A stretch of DNA of 64,000 nt from Clostridia bacterium (GTDB lineage Bacteria; Bacillota; Clostridia; TANB77; CAG-508), in NCBI GenBank assembly GCA_017536685.1, contig JAFXGW010000042.1, positions 47,313 to 111,312 on the forward strand. Direction: 5' to 3'. The notes beneath the pieces are model-generated. The model searched no databases. It worked only from the letters and a program-made list of their open reading frames with translations, and had not been told where the DNA came from. Within the stretch, counting starts at the first letter, position 1. Every line of letters begins with the position of its first letter. Positions 21,335 through 31,584 of this stretch are shown piece by piece. A program made the position numbers and the translations under genes.

Positions 21335-21382
21335 AAAAGACCTCAAGCTATTATGGCCAAAATAATAGCTCGAGGTCTTTTT
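21335..21382. terminator. Bidirectional intrinsic terminator
   Basis: AAAAGACCTCAAGCTATT...AATAGCTCGAGGTCTTTTT. Confidence 0.8.
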
Positions 21383-21384
21383 TG

Positions 21385-21780
21385 TTATCCTTCGACGATG
21401 AAAATATAGATAGGTCTGTCATGTTTCCACACTATATTGCGCGTGGTACGTTTAACAGATTCGATATTACCGTCAGGGGAAATTTGGATTGTGCTGTTAT
21501 TACGCCAATATACATAATTGGAAAAGGCTTTCTGATTATGAAGAACTTTCTTGGGAGAAAGTCTAACATATTCGAAAGGTTTAACAATCTTGTAGATAGC
21601 ATATTGATTATTTTCGATTTGAACAAGAAGATACTGAATGTCGTTGATTTTGGCTTGGTCTTTTACTACATAACCATGCTCGAAATCAATTGTATATCCA
21701 ATCATATTCTTGCAAGTTCGATTTATTCTCCGTTGGTTAGTTTTCCTCATTTTTGCCTTTTTTTGTGGGCTAAACTTCAT
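21385..21780 (-). CDS. Hypothetical basic protein of atypical composition (contains an in-frame CGG)
   Basis: Open frame with its own promoter (TTTACA-17-TATAAT at 21903-21875), AAGGGAG RBS and terminator; no recognisable family. Confidence 0.55.
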   Translation of the reverse strand: MKFSPQKKAKMRKTNQRRINRTCKNMIGYTIDFEHGYVVKDQAKINDIQYLLVQIENNQYAIYKIVKPFEYVRLSPKKVLHNQKAFSNYVYWRNNSTIQISPDGNIESVKRTTRNIVWKHDRPIYIFIVEG

Positions 21781-21970
21781 TACGGAAAAATACACTCCCT
21801 TCAATTGAATTTGCGCGTAACAAATAGTTTTGGCCATACCATTTGACAATATATACCACGATTGGTACAAAGGTATTATAAAACATTTTTGACAATTTGT
21901 AAATTATTGCTAATACTATTTAAATAAACAAAAGTAATAAATAAAATTACTAATCATATATAATTATGAG

Positions 21971-22897
21971 GTGATTTTTTTGTTATATATTAAACTTGAA
22001 AATGATATTGGTGAAAGCGATGAAAAATTAAGATGTATGAAAAATTTAATATATAGATTTAAATATAAGTTTGCAAGATTTAAAGAAGAAAAAATAGAAA
22101 GCGGAGAATTACTTTTTCTACCTAATTTAGAAAAGTATACCTATGAAAAATTATCTAAATATTTAAATATTAAAGGAACAACTAGAGTTTGTATATCTGA
22201 TAAATTAATGAAAAATCAGGAATTTATTAACTTTTTAATATATAATAATATTGAAATTTTAAATGGAAGATGGATTTTTAAACATATGGGAGTTGATATT
22301 GTAAAATATATATGTAATTCCAAAAAAGAAAAAATAAATTTTCAAGAAGTTTCTATATTATCAAATGATATAGATAGAATATTAAAGCTGATTATTTTTG
22401 ATTTAGCCAAAGAAGTTAGAATATTGAATTTAATAACTCAAAATGAAAATAAGTTTAAAAAAATAGAAAAAGAACTTTATGATAATTATGGGATAATTTT
22501 AAATGTTGTTAATAATTATCAAAAATCTTTATTAAAAAGTGATATTATATTAAATTTTGATTTTGAAGAAGAGGAATTAAATAAGTATAATATAAATTCA
22601 AAAGCTTGTATTATAAATTTTGATAAAGAAATAAATATAAAAGAAAAAAGCTTTAAAGGAATAAATACTGATTTTTTTGAATTAAATCTTCCAATGAAAT
22701 ATATAAAAGATAGTGTATATTTAAATGATTTTAATACTACAATTTTTTATGAAAGTTTAATATATCAAAATACTAACCCTGAAAATATAAAGAAAAAAAT
22801 AAGAACTGATAAAATTAACATAAATTTTTTGAATGGCAAAAATGGAAGAATTCGAAAAAATGAATATTTAAATTTATCAAAAAAAATGGCAAATTAA
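21971..22897 (+). CDS. Hypothetical protein
   Basis: 308-aa ORF with host-like composition; GAGG before GTG. Confidence 0.7.
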   Translation: MIFLLYIKLENDIGESDEKLRCMKNLIYRFKYKFARFKEEKIESGELLFLPNLEKYTYEKLSKYLNIKGTTRVCISDKLMKNQEFINFLIYNNIEILNGRWIFKHMGVDIVKYICNSKKEKINFQEVSILSNDIDRILKLIIFDLAKEVRILNLITQNENKFKKIEKELYDNYGIILNVVNNYQKSLLKSDIILNFDFEEEELNKYNINSKACIINFDKEINIKEKSFKGINTDFFELNLPMKYIKDSVYLNDFNTTIFYESLIYQNTNPENIKKKIRTDKININFLNGKNGRIRKNEYLNLSKKMAN

Positions 22898-22898
22898 C

Positions 22899-22927
22899 TT
22901 GACAAAACTGAAAATAAACCTTATTAT
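22899..22927 (+). promoter_or_regulatory. SigA-type promoter of greA
   Basis: TTGACA-17 nt-TATTAT. Confidence 0.6.
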
Positions 22928-22966
22928 AAGTTAAGTAAAAAAGTAACAATAAAGGAGGCCTTTGAA

Positions 22967-23443
22967 ATGGGAGAAAAAGAATATTTATTAACACAAGAAG
23001 GTTATGATAATTTAGAAAAAGAATTAGAAAGATTAAAAACAGTTGAGAGATATGAAATCGCTGAAAGAATAAAAGTTGCTTTAGGATTTGGAGATTTATC
23101 AGAAAACTCTGAATATGATGAAGCTAAAAATGCTCAAGCAAACAATGAAATAAAAATAGCTGAATTAGAAGAAAAAATCAAATATGCTAAAATTATAGAT
23201 GAATCAGAAATTGATACTGAAGTAGTTCAAGTTGGAAACATCGTAAAAGTTTTAGATATGGAATTTGATGAAACAGTAGAATATACAATAGTTGGTTCAA
23301 CAGAAGTTGATGTTGTTGCAAACAAAATATCAAATGAATCTCCAATTGGAATGGCTTTACTTGGTAAAAAAAGAAATAATATAGTAGAAGTGCAAGCACC
23401 TATTGGAATTATCAAATTAAAAATATTATCAATAAAAAAATAA
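22967..23443 (+). CDS. greA: Transcription elongation factor GreA
   Basis: [21 protein letters not shown]. Confidence 0.97.
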   Translation: MGEKEYLLTQEGYDNLEKELERLKTVERYEIAERIKVALGFGDLSENSEYDEAKNAQANNEIKIAELEEKIKYAKIIDESEIDTEVVQVGNIVKVLDMEFDETVEYTIVGSTEVDVVANKISNESPIGMALLGKKRNNIVEVQAPIGIIKLKILSIKK

Positions 23444-23665
23444 TAAATTAAAAATGTATTAGTTTAATAATAAAAGTATAAAAAATAAAGTAGAATACAA
23501 AAAATGTGTTCTACTTTATTTTTTTGTTATTACTTTACAATTATATTACAAAAAATAAAAAATATATACATAAGAAAAATTGTTATGATATAATAAATAA
23601 AAATTGTTTTTATTTATCTAAAGCAAATTTTGTTAAAAATAAAACTAGAGAAAGGAATAAAAAAG

Positions 23666-25540
23666 ATGAAGAGAACTAGTAAGATAATAATTGCAATAAT
23701 AATCGTGGCTGTGCTATTATTAGGAATTGGATACGCTGCAATCCAAAACATAACTTTAACTATAGCAGGTACAGCAGCAGCAGATCCAAGTCAATCAAAT
23801 TTTAAAGTAATGTTCTCAGGAACACCAACAGTATCAGATGATACATATGTAACAGCAGCAGTAACAGATGATACAAATGCAACAATAAATGTTGAGGGGT
23901 TAACTAAAAAAGGTGATGTTGTATCAGCAACATATACAGTACAAAATGCAAGTACAGACTTATCAGCAGATTTATCAGTAGCAACAACAAATAACAATAC
24001 AGAATATTTCACATTAAGTTCAGAACTAGAAAAAACAAGTCTAGTTGCAGGAGAGGCGACAACTTTGACTGTAACAGTAGAATTAACAAAGACACCAATA
24101 ACAGATAGTGTAAGTGCAACAATAGGAGTACAATTAACAGCAATGCCAGTACAACCAGGAGAAGAAGGAACAAGTGAAGGAATAAATGGAAGTTCACAAA
24201 CACCTGAAGTAATTAAAACAACATTATCAACATTAACAAATGAGAATATAGGAGATTATATAGACTTAGGTAATAATGTAGTTGGAACGGCAAGAAGCTC
24301 AGATGATTGGAGAATTTATTATAAAGATGAAAATACAGTATATGTAGTACTAGCAGATTATTTACCAAATAGTACAAACTATGCAGTAAATGCAGGTTTA
24401 GAAACAATGGGTACATATGGAGTTTATTCAAATACAAATAGAGATACATTACTTACTGCACTTACAACAAATTCAAATTGGAATGATTTAGCAAATGGAG
24501 TAAGTGGTGCAACAGTAACGGGTGCGGCAACAGCAGAATTGTCGATATACAGTTATTATGCTAAAACAGGAATACTTTTAGATCCAACCAATAATGTAAA
24601 ATTGGATTCTAACATAGAGGGCTATGATATATATGTTCCGCAGACAAGTGTAGTAGATGATTGTAAGGGGACTTGGATGGCTTCTTCAGAAAATAGTGAT
24701 GATACGGCTTATATTTATTGTATTTTCTATACAGGTGCTACTTTGTGTGAAGGGTTTGATAATCCATATTTTGCAATTCGACCTGTGATTGCTTTACCTG
24801 CTAGTACAGTAGTAATACAAGACGGGGATACTTGGACAATACCAATAGAAGCAACCAATGGAAAAACAACAGCAGGAGTTGAAAGAAATAATGCACCAGA
24901 AACAATAAATACAACATTAGCAAGTGTAACAAATGCTAACATAGGAGAATATATTGATTTAGGAAATAACATAGTAGGTGGAAAAAGTACATCAGATGAC
25001 TGGAGAATTTTATATAAAGATGGAGATACAACATATGCAATATTAGCAGATTATCTACCAAACAGCACAGGAAATGCAACTGCTGCAGGATTAGATATAA
25101 GTAAATCAGATACAGAAGATTATGAATATGCAGTATATTCAAAAACAAATAGAGACACATTGCTAGCGGGATTAACTCATAGTACAGTATGGAATGATTT
25201 AGCAAATGGGTTAAGTGGTGCAACAGTAACTGGAGCACCAACAGCAGAATTATTAATGCGCAGTTATAATACAAAAAATGGAACAGATGTGGATTATACA
25301 ACTTATCCAGACTTAGGTGCAAGCTATTTATACGCGGCTCAATTTGATCCAGATAGATATGAAGGGACGTATTGGTTGGCTTCGCCTCGTGGTGACTCTA
25401 TAAGTCTGTATGGTGTGCACGCTTTCGGTCATGTGCACTACTACAACTATGACCACACTAACAATGGCGTTCGTCCTGTAGTAGCTTTACCTTCAGAATT
25501 AACATGTAGCTACACAAATGGAGTATGGGTAGTAGACTAA
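23666..25540 (+). CDS. Secreted protein: shared N-terminal beta-rich domain plus two tandem DUF6273/CLec-like domains; candidate DGR target
   Basis: Signal …LLLGIGYAA; repeated G-YIDLGNN…DDWRI-YKD…LADYLPNST domain ending in W-AS…RPV-ALP. Confidence 0.75.
   Translation: MKRTSKIIIAIIIVAVLLLGIGYAAIQNITLTIAGTAAADPSQSNFKVMFSGTPTVSDDTYVTAAVTDDTNATINVEGLTKKGDVVSATYTVQNASTDLSADLSVATTNNNTEYFTLSSELEKTSLVAGEATTLTVTVELTKTPITDSVSATIGVQLTAMPVQPGEEGTSEGINGSSQTPEVIKTTLSTLTNENIGDYIDLGNNVVGTARSSDDWRIYYKDENTVYVVLADYLPNSTNYAVNAGLETMGTYGVYSNTNRDTLLTALTTNSNWNDLANGVSGATVTGAATAELSIYSYYAKTGILLDPTNNVKLDSNIEGYDIYVPQTSVVDDCKGTWMASSENSDDTAYIYCIFYTGATLCEGFDNPYFAIRPVIALPASTVVIQDGDTWTIPIEATNGKTTAGVERNNAPETINTTLASVTNANIGEYIDLGNNIVGGKSTSDDWRILYKDGDTTYAILADYLPNSTGNATAAGLDISKSDTEDYEYAVYSKTNRDTLLAGLTHSTVWNDLANGLSGATVTGAPTAELLMRSYNTKNGTDVDYTTYPDLGASYLYAAQFDPDRYEGTYWLASPRGDSISLYGVHAFGHVHYYNYDHTNNGVRPVVALPSELTCSYTNGVWVVD
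25361..25494 (+). other. Putative DGR variable region (VR)
   Basis: A-free codons at conserved residues flanking a run of NNC/NNT codons, at the 3' end of the gene. Confidence 0.6.
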
Positions 25541-25785
25541 TTTATTTTTAATTAAATATAATAAAAGCGGACAAATTATAAATTTTGTTCGCTTTTTTCT
25601 TTTTATAGAATATAAAAAATTGTGTACAATCTTTTATGTTAACATTTTTATTACAAATACCCAAAAAATATATACAATAAAAACTTGTATATGTTATACT
25701 GAAATTGAAATTTTGAAAGGTGAAAAAATTGTTTTAATTGTGTTTAAAACAAATTTTATATAAATAAAGGAAAGGAAGAAAAAAT

Positions 25786-27147
25786 ATGAAAAAAACCAAC
25801 AAAATAATATTAGCATCAGCAATAGTTGCAGTGTTATTATTGGGAATTGGATATGCAGCAATTCAAAATATTACTTTAAATATTAATGGTACAGCAGCTG
25901 CAGATCCAAGTCAATCAAATTTTAAAGTAATGTTTTCTGGTACACCAACAGTATCAGATGATACATATGTAACAGCAGCAATAACAGATGATACGAATGC
26001 TACAATAAATGTAGAAGGCTTAACTAAAAAAGGTGATGTTGTAACTGCAACATACACAGTACAAAATGCAAGCACAGACTTATCAGCAGATTTGGGAGTT
26101 TCAACAACAAATAGCAATACAGAATATTTTACTTTAAGTTCAGAAATAGCTCAAACAAGTCTAGTTGCAGGTGAAGCAACAACGTTAACAGTAACAGTAG
26201 AGTTAACAAAAACACCAATAACAGAAAGTGTAAGTGCAACAATAGGTGTACAATTAGAAGCAATGCCAATACAACCAGGAGAAGAAGGAACAAGTGAAGG
26301 AATAAATGATTTTTCACAAACACCAGACAATAGAAATGAATTTGGATTTTATTTTGAGCAACCATATAGTGTAATGATGGGTGAAGAAAAAGGTACAATA
26401 ATATTTTATGAGGATACATCATTTGAATTATATGTTGATGGTAAAATACTCCAAAAGTTTCCTGTAGGTTCTACAACATATGATTCTTTCACTATAGATG
26501 GGACATCTATAGATATGGGAATTTTAACAGTATCTTCTGATGGAAGACAAATTATTATCCCAACAGATCCAATGGATGATGATATTATATTTGAATTAGA
26601 TTTGTCTTTTACTAAAGCTACTGTTCCAGAAGGGGCAATATATATTCATATAGATGAAACAACAAATACAGCTGAAATTTATGAATCATTTCCAATAGAT
26701 TCAAATGATGATTGGTATATTTATGGAGATTATATGTATCACTTTTCATCGGATATAGGCGGCTGGTCAGTAGGTTTATTTGCTGAGCCTTGGGCATCAG
26801 GAATTAATGAATTAACAGGAATTCAAATGGAATTTACCGATTATGACCAAACATCTTATGGCCCAATTCTTGAATCTATTAATGGAGCACCTATAGTTGA
26901 AATGATAGAAACTTTTATGGGATGCAGTAATCTAGTAACAGCCCCAGAAATTCCAAGTGGTGTAAATAGGATGAGTCATACATTTACTAATTGTACTTCA
27001 CTTACTGGAGAAATAATAATAAATGCAAATCCAGAATACTATTCAGGATGTTTTGCTGGAGTTGACTTTGAAAAGCAAAATTTAACTCTTGGTGGAAGTT
27101 CTACAAAATTAGCTGAAATAGGTGCTACAGGAATAAATTATAAATAA
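25786..27147 (+). CDS. Secreted paralogue with the same N-terminal domain and a C-terminal BspA/LRR-like region
   Basis: Same N-terminus as 23666; TFMGCSNL…TFTNCTSL repeats. Confidence 0.75.
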   Translation: MKKTNKIILASAIVAVLLLGIGYAAIQNITLNINGTAAADPSQSNFKVMFSGTPTVSDDTYVTAAITDDTNATINVEGLTKKGDVVTATYTVQNASTDLSADLGVSTTNSNTEYFTLSSEIAQTSLVAGEATTLTVTVELTKTPITESVSATIGVQLEAMPIQPGEEGTSEGINDFSQTPDNRNEFGFYFEQPYSVMMGEEKGTIIFYEDTSFELYVDGKILQKFPVGSTTYDSFTIDGTSIDMGILTVSSDGRQIIIPTDPMDDDIIFELDLSFTKATVPEGAIYIHIDETTNTAEIYESFPIDSNDDWYIYGDYMYHFSSDIGGWSVGLFAEPWASGINELTGIQMEFTDYDQTSYGPILESINGAPIVEMIETFMGCSNLVTAPEIPSGVNRMSHTFTNCTSLTGEIIINANPEYYSGCFAGVDFEKQNLTLGGSSTKLAEIGATGINYK

Positions 27148-27321
27148 AAAATAAATGAGCAGACAAAAATAAGATTTGTCTGCTTTTTCATATAGTTTTT
27201 ATAATTAATATAACAATAGATTAAGAAATTTATAAAATGATTTTAAGATAAATGCTATGAAAACTTGGGAATTTATGATATAAAATAAATAATTAATCAT
27301 GTGAAAAATAGGGGGCCAAAT

Positions 27322-27762
27322 ATGAAAAGAATTAGAGTTGCAGGTTTAGTTGAAATGGAAAATGGATATGCTCTTATGCATAGAATGAATGTAAAGAAAA
27401 AAGAAAATTCGACCCAACCCTATGGTGAATATTATGTATTTCCTGGTGGTGGAGTTGAAGGAGAAGAATCTTTAGAAGAAGGGGTTAAAAGAGAAGTTTT
27501 AGAAGAATTCGGAATAAATGTTGAAGTAAAAGAAAAATTATATTTTAGACAAATTGGTGATGAATTAGATGAATATTTGTTTTTGTGTAAATATATTAGT
27601 GGAACTTTAGGAACAGGAACTGGTCCAGAATTTTCAGGTGATCCTAAATATATTGATAGAGGACTTTATATACCAACAATAATTCCAAAAGAAGAAATAA
27701 GAAATATAAGATTATTACCTGAAGAATTTAAAGAAAAATTAATTGAAGATTTTAATTTATAA
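27322..27762 (+). CDS. NUDIX hydrolase
   Basis: Nudix box GGGVEGEESLEEGVKREVLEEFG. Confidence 0.9.
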   Translation: MKRIRVAGLVEMENGYALMHRMNVKKKENSTQPYGEYYVFPGGGVEGEESLEEGVKREVLEEFGINVEVKEKLYFRQIGDELDEYLFLCKYISGTLGTGTGPEFSGDPKYIDRGLYIPTIIPKEEIRNIRLLPEEFKEKLIEDFNL

Positions 27763-27852
27763 AATTAAGTACAAAAACAAATATTATAACTCACAAATTA
27801 ATAAAATAATATATGATTTTGTATGATAAAAAATATATAAATGGAGAAAATT

Positions 27853-28380
27853 ATGAAAGTATACATTGTAAGACATGGTCAAACAGCATCTAATTTTGCT
27901 GGAGTATATAATTTACTTGAAGAAGATTTAAATGAAAATGGAGTAGAACAAGCAAAAAGATTAAGTGAAAATATTAAGGATTTAGAGTATGAGGTTATAT
28001 ATTGTTCTCCGCTTAAAAGAGCGGTTCATACTGCCAATATAATAAATATACATAATAAAGAAATGCTATTTGATGAAAGATTAGTAGAAAGAAATGCTGG
28101 CAAATTGTCAGGAAAGCCATGGAATACTGTAGATAGAGAAATGTATTGGAATTACTATAACCAAGAAAAATATGCTGATGACGAATCTGTAATGGAAGTG
28201 TTTAAAAGGGTGCATGAATTTTTAAATGAGTTAAAAAATAAAAAATACAAAAGTGTTTTAGTTGTTGCCCATAGTGGAATTGCTAAAGCTTTTTATGCAT
28301 ATTTTAAAGGAATTCCTAAGGACGGAAAATTTTTAAAATTAGGTTTAAAAAATGGTGAAATAGCAGAGTATGAAATTTGA
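27853..28380 (+). CDS. Histidine phosphatase family protein
   Basis: VRHGQT, SPLKRA, VAHSG. Confidence 0.9.
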   Translation: MKVYIVRHGQTASNFAGVYNLLEEDLNENGVEQAKRLSENIKDLEYEVIYCSPLKRAVHTANIINIHNKEMLFDERLVERNAGKLSGKPWNTVDREMYWNYYNQEKYADDESVMEVFKRVHEFLNELKNKKYKSVLVVAHSGIAKAFYAYFKGIPKDGKFLKLGLKNGEIAEYEI

Positions 28381-28598
28381 TTTTTTTGTCTAATTATGTG
28401 AAAAAAATTAATTAAAATATAAAAAAATTTCCATAAAATTGGTAATTTTTAATTATGTCATCAAGGTAAAAAAGATATTTCGAAAAACTAAAAAATATGT
28501 AAAAAAATAGTGAAAAATTAAAATTTTTATGATAGAATACAAAAAGTATAATTGTATACTTTAATTTAGTTAATTAAATATAAAAAGGAGAAGGGGTA

Positions 28599-29306
28599 AT
28601 GGTAGCCTATAAAAGAGTTTTATTAAAGTTAAGCGGTGAAGCTTTATCAGGAAAAGAAGGACATGGGATTGATCCAGAAGTAATCGGTTCAATTTGTGAC
28701 AAAGTAAAAGAAGTTGTAGATATGGGAGTTCAAGTATCAATAGTTGTTGGTGGTGGAAACTTCTGGAGAGGTTTAAAAAATGGTAAAAAAATGAATGATA
28801 GAGCTACAGCTGATTATATGGGAATGTTAGCTACAGCTATGAATGGTTTAGCTCTTCAAGATGCTTTAGAATCTAGAGGTATATACACAAGATTACAAAC
28901 TGCAATAGAAATGAGAGAAATTGCAGAACCATATATAAAAAGAAAAGCTGCAAAACATTTAGAAAGAGGAAGAGTTGTAATATTTGCTTGTGGAACTGGT
29001 CATCCATTTTTCTCAACAGATACAGCGGCAGCTTTAAGAGCAGCAGAAACAGAATCAGAAGTAATATTACTTGCAAAAACAATAGATGGGGTTTATTCAG
29101 CAGATCCAAAATTAGATCCTACAGCTGTTAAATATGATAAAATTTCATATAAAGATGTTTTAGACCAAGATTTAAAAGTTATGGATTCTACAGCAACAGC
29201 ACTTTGTAAAGATAATAATATTCCATTATTAGTATTTGCAATAAGTGATCCAGAAAATATAGTGAGAGCTATAAAAGGTGAAGTTGTTGGTACAGTGGTG
29301 TCATAA
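28599..29306 (+). CDS. pyrH: UMP kinase
   Basis: [30 protein letters not shown]. Confidence 0.98.
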   Translation: MVAYKRVLLKLSGEALSGKEGHGIDPEVIGSICDKVKEVVDMGVQVSIVVGGGNFWRGLKNGKKMNDRATADYMGMLATAMNGLALQDALESRGIYTRLQTAIEMREIAEPYIKRKAAKHLERGRVVIFACGTGHPFFSTDTAAALRAAETESEVILLAKTIDGVYSADPKLDPTAVKYDKISYKDVLDQDLKVMDSTATALCKDNNIPLLVFAISDPENIVRAIKGEVVGTVVS

Positions 29307-29450
29307 TAAAATTAAAACTATAAAATCTAATATATTTTATAAAATATATTGAGATTACAAAAAGTAAGTATATGAAAATTATAAAAATCAATATATAAGA
29401 TTTTAAGAAAATTATTAAAATTTAAATAGAATGAAAGGAAGTTAAATATT

Positions 29451-29999
29451 ATGAATTTACAAGAATTAGAAGGAAGAATGACAAAATCAATAGATGTATT
29501 TAGTCAAAATTTATCAGAGGTTAGAGCAGGAAGAGCTAATCCTGCAATATTAAATAAAATAAGTGTTGAATATTATGGAGTTCCAACTCCAATAAATCAA
29601 GTTGCTGGAATTTCTGTTCCAGAAGCTAGAACAATAGTTATTCAACCATGGGATGCTAGTGTATTAAAAGCAATTGAAAAAGCAATATTAGCTTCTGATA
29701 TTGGGTTAAATCCAAATAATGATGGAAAACTAATTAGATTAAATTTCCCAGAACTAACAGCAGATAGAAGAAAAGAATTAGCTAAAGACATTAGAAAAAT
29801 GGCTGAAGAAGCTAAAGTTAGCATTCGTTCAATAAGAAGAGATGGAATGGATGAAGTTAAAGATGAACAAAAAAAATCTGAGATAACTGAAGATCAAAAA
29901 GCAGATTTTGAAGATAAAATTCAAAAATTAACAGATAAATATGTTGCTGAAATTGATAAAATGTTAGAAAACAAAGAAAAAGAAATAATGACTATATAA
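29451..29999 (+). CDS. frr: Ribosome recycling factor
   Basis: RAGRANP, GLNPNNDG, KEKEIM. Confidence 0.98.
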   Translation: MNLQELEGRMTKSIDVFSQNLSEVRAGRANPAILNKISVEYYGVPTPINQVAGISVPEARTIVIQPWDASVLKAIEKAILASDIGLNPNNDGKLIRLNFPELTADRRKELAKDIRKMAEEAKVSIRSIRRDGMDEVKDEQKKSEITEDQKADFEDKIQKLTDKYVAEIDKMLENKEKEIMTI

Positions 30000-30023
30000 T
30001 GTACAAAAATGAGGAGCAAAAAT

Positions 30024-30728
30024 ATGGATGAATTACTTCCAAAACATATTGCCATTATTATGGATGGAAATAGACGTTGGGCAAAGCAAAGAAATTTACC
30101 AGTAAAACTTGGACATAAAGAAGGTGCAGAAACTTTAAAAAAAGTTGTTAGGTATGCTAATAAAAGAGGAATTGAATATATTACTGTTTATGCATTTTCT
30201 ACCGAAAACTGGAAAAGAGAAAAAGATGAAGTAGATAGCTTAATGTCATTACTCGAATATTATTTAGATCAATTTTCTAAAGAGGCTGATTCAGAAAATA
30301 TTGTTATAAAAGTAATTGGAAGAAGAAATGAATTATCTGAAAAGTTATTAAAGAAAATTGATGAAGTTGTAGCGGGAACAAAAAATAATACAGGTATAGT
30401 TTTTACAATTGCACTTAATTATGGTGGTAGAGATGAAATTGTAAATGCTATAAAAAATTTAGTAGAAGACACCCAAAATAATAAAATAGATGTTGATGAT
30501 ATTAACGAAGAATTAATTTCTAATTATTTATATACTAAAAATATGCCAGATCCAGATTTAATGATAAGAACCAGTGGTGAATTAAGAACAAGCAATTTTT
30601 TACCTTGGCAATTAGTGTATTCTGAATTTTTATTTTTAGATAAACTATGGCCAGATTTTTCGGAAAAAGATTTAGAAGATGCGATAAAAGTGTTTTCTAA
30701 AAGAAATAGAAAATTTGGAGCAAAATAA
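30024..30728 (+). CDS. uppS: Undecaprenyl diphosphate synthase
   Basis: HIAIIMDGNRRWA, FSTENW, IRTSGE-R-SNFL-WQ. Confidence 0.97.
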   Translation: MDELLPKHIAIIMDGNRRWAKQRNLPVKLGHKEGAETLKKVVRYANKRGIEYITVYAFSTENWKREKDEVDSLMSLLEYYLDQFSKEADSENIVIKVIGRRNELSEKLLKKIDEVVAGTKNNTGIVFTIALNYGGRDEIVNAIKNLVEDTQNNKIDVDDINEELISNYLYTKNMPDPDLMIRTSGELRTSNFLPWQLVYSEFLFLDKLWPDFSEKDLEDAIKVFSKRNRKFGAK

Positions 30729-30755
30729 AAAATAAATGCAAAGGATAGAAATGAA

Positions 30756-31574
30756 ATGAATATAAAAAGAGTTTTAACAGCAGTTATTGGTTTTCCAATA
30801 GTTGTTGCGATATTAGTTTTATCTAATAAATACATAATTGATATCTTGCTTTCAATTGTAGGAATTATATCAATACATGAATATATTAAAAGTGCTGCAA
30901 ATAAAGATATAAAAATAGTAAAGTGGATTAGCTATTTGTCTGTAATTGGAATTGCTTTTATACATTTAATACCTAGATTTTTATATATAAATATATTGGT
31001 ATTTTGCATTCCAATATTGTTATTAATTTTATTTTTACATGTAATTGTAACAAATATGAGAATTACTTTTAAAGATATTGCCTTTACATTACTTGGAATT
31101 GTATATGTATTTTCTTTTCTAGCGTTTTTAGCAGCAATTTTTGGAATAGAAGGGAAAATTTCAGGAAAACTACTAATATGGTATGTATTTTTTGCAGCCT
31201 GGGGAACAGATACATTTGCTTATTTAATTGGAATGAAAATTGGAAAAACAAAATTTAGTAAAGTTAGTCCAAATAAATCTATTGAGGGTTGTGTTGCCGG
31301 AACAGTAGGAGCTTTAGTTGTTTGCGTATTATATACTTTTGCGTTAAATACAATTGGTGGTTTTGATATATCTTATTTAATTATTGGAATAGCTTCAATT
31401 ATATTAAGTATAATAGGTCAAATTGGAGATTTTTCAGCTTCAGTTATAAAAAGATTTTTTGAAGTTAAAGATTTTAGTAACATGTTTCCTGGTCATGGAG
31501 GGATGTTAGATAGAATAGATAGTGTAATGTTTATTGCACCATTTGCATATATGATGTTTTTAATCTTGTTATAG
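30756..31574 (+). CDS. cdsA: Phosphatidate cytidylyltransferase
   Basis: SPNKSIEG, KDFS--FPGHGG-LDRIDS. Confidence 0.95.
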   Translation: MNIKRVLTAVIGFPIVVAILVLSNKYIIDILLSIVGIISIHEYIKSAANKDIKIVKWISYLSVIGIAFIHLIPRFLYINILVFCIPILLLILFLHVIVTNMRITFKDIAFTLLGIVYVFSFLAFLAAIFGIEGKISGKLLIWYVFFAAWGTDTFAYLIGMKIGKTKFSKVSPNKSIEGCVAGTVGALVVCVLYTFALNTIGGFDISYLIIGIASIILSIIGQIGDFSASVIKRFFEVKDFSNMFPGHGGMLDRIDSVMFIAPFAYMMFLILL

Positions 31575-31584
31575 GAGGCGAATT

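Larger units (their letters stand above)
23666..26325 (+). repeat. About 540-bp near-identical 5' segments of two adjacent paralogues (23666-24205 and 25786-26325)
   Basis: Near-identical DNA and protein from the signal peptide to QPGEEGTSEGIN. Confidence 0.9.

Noticed and set aside
21382-21846. Plus-strand 154-aa ORF
   Set aside because: Starts inside the terminator with no RBS; promoter, RBS and terminator all favour the minus-strand ORF
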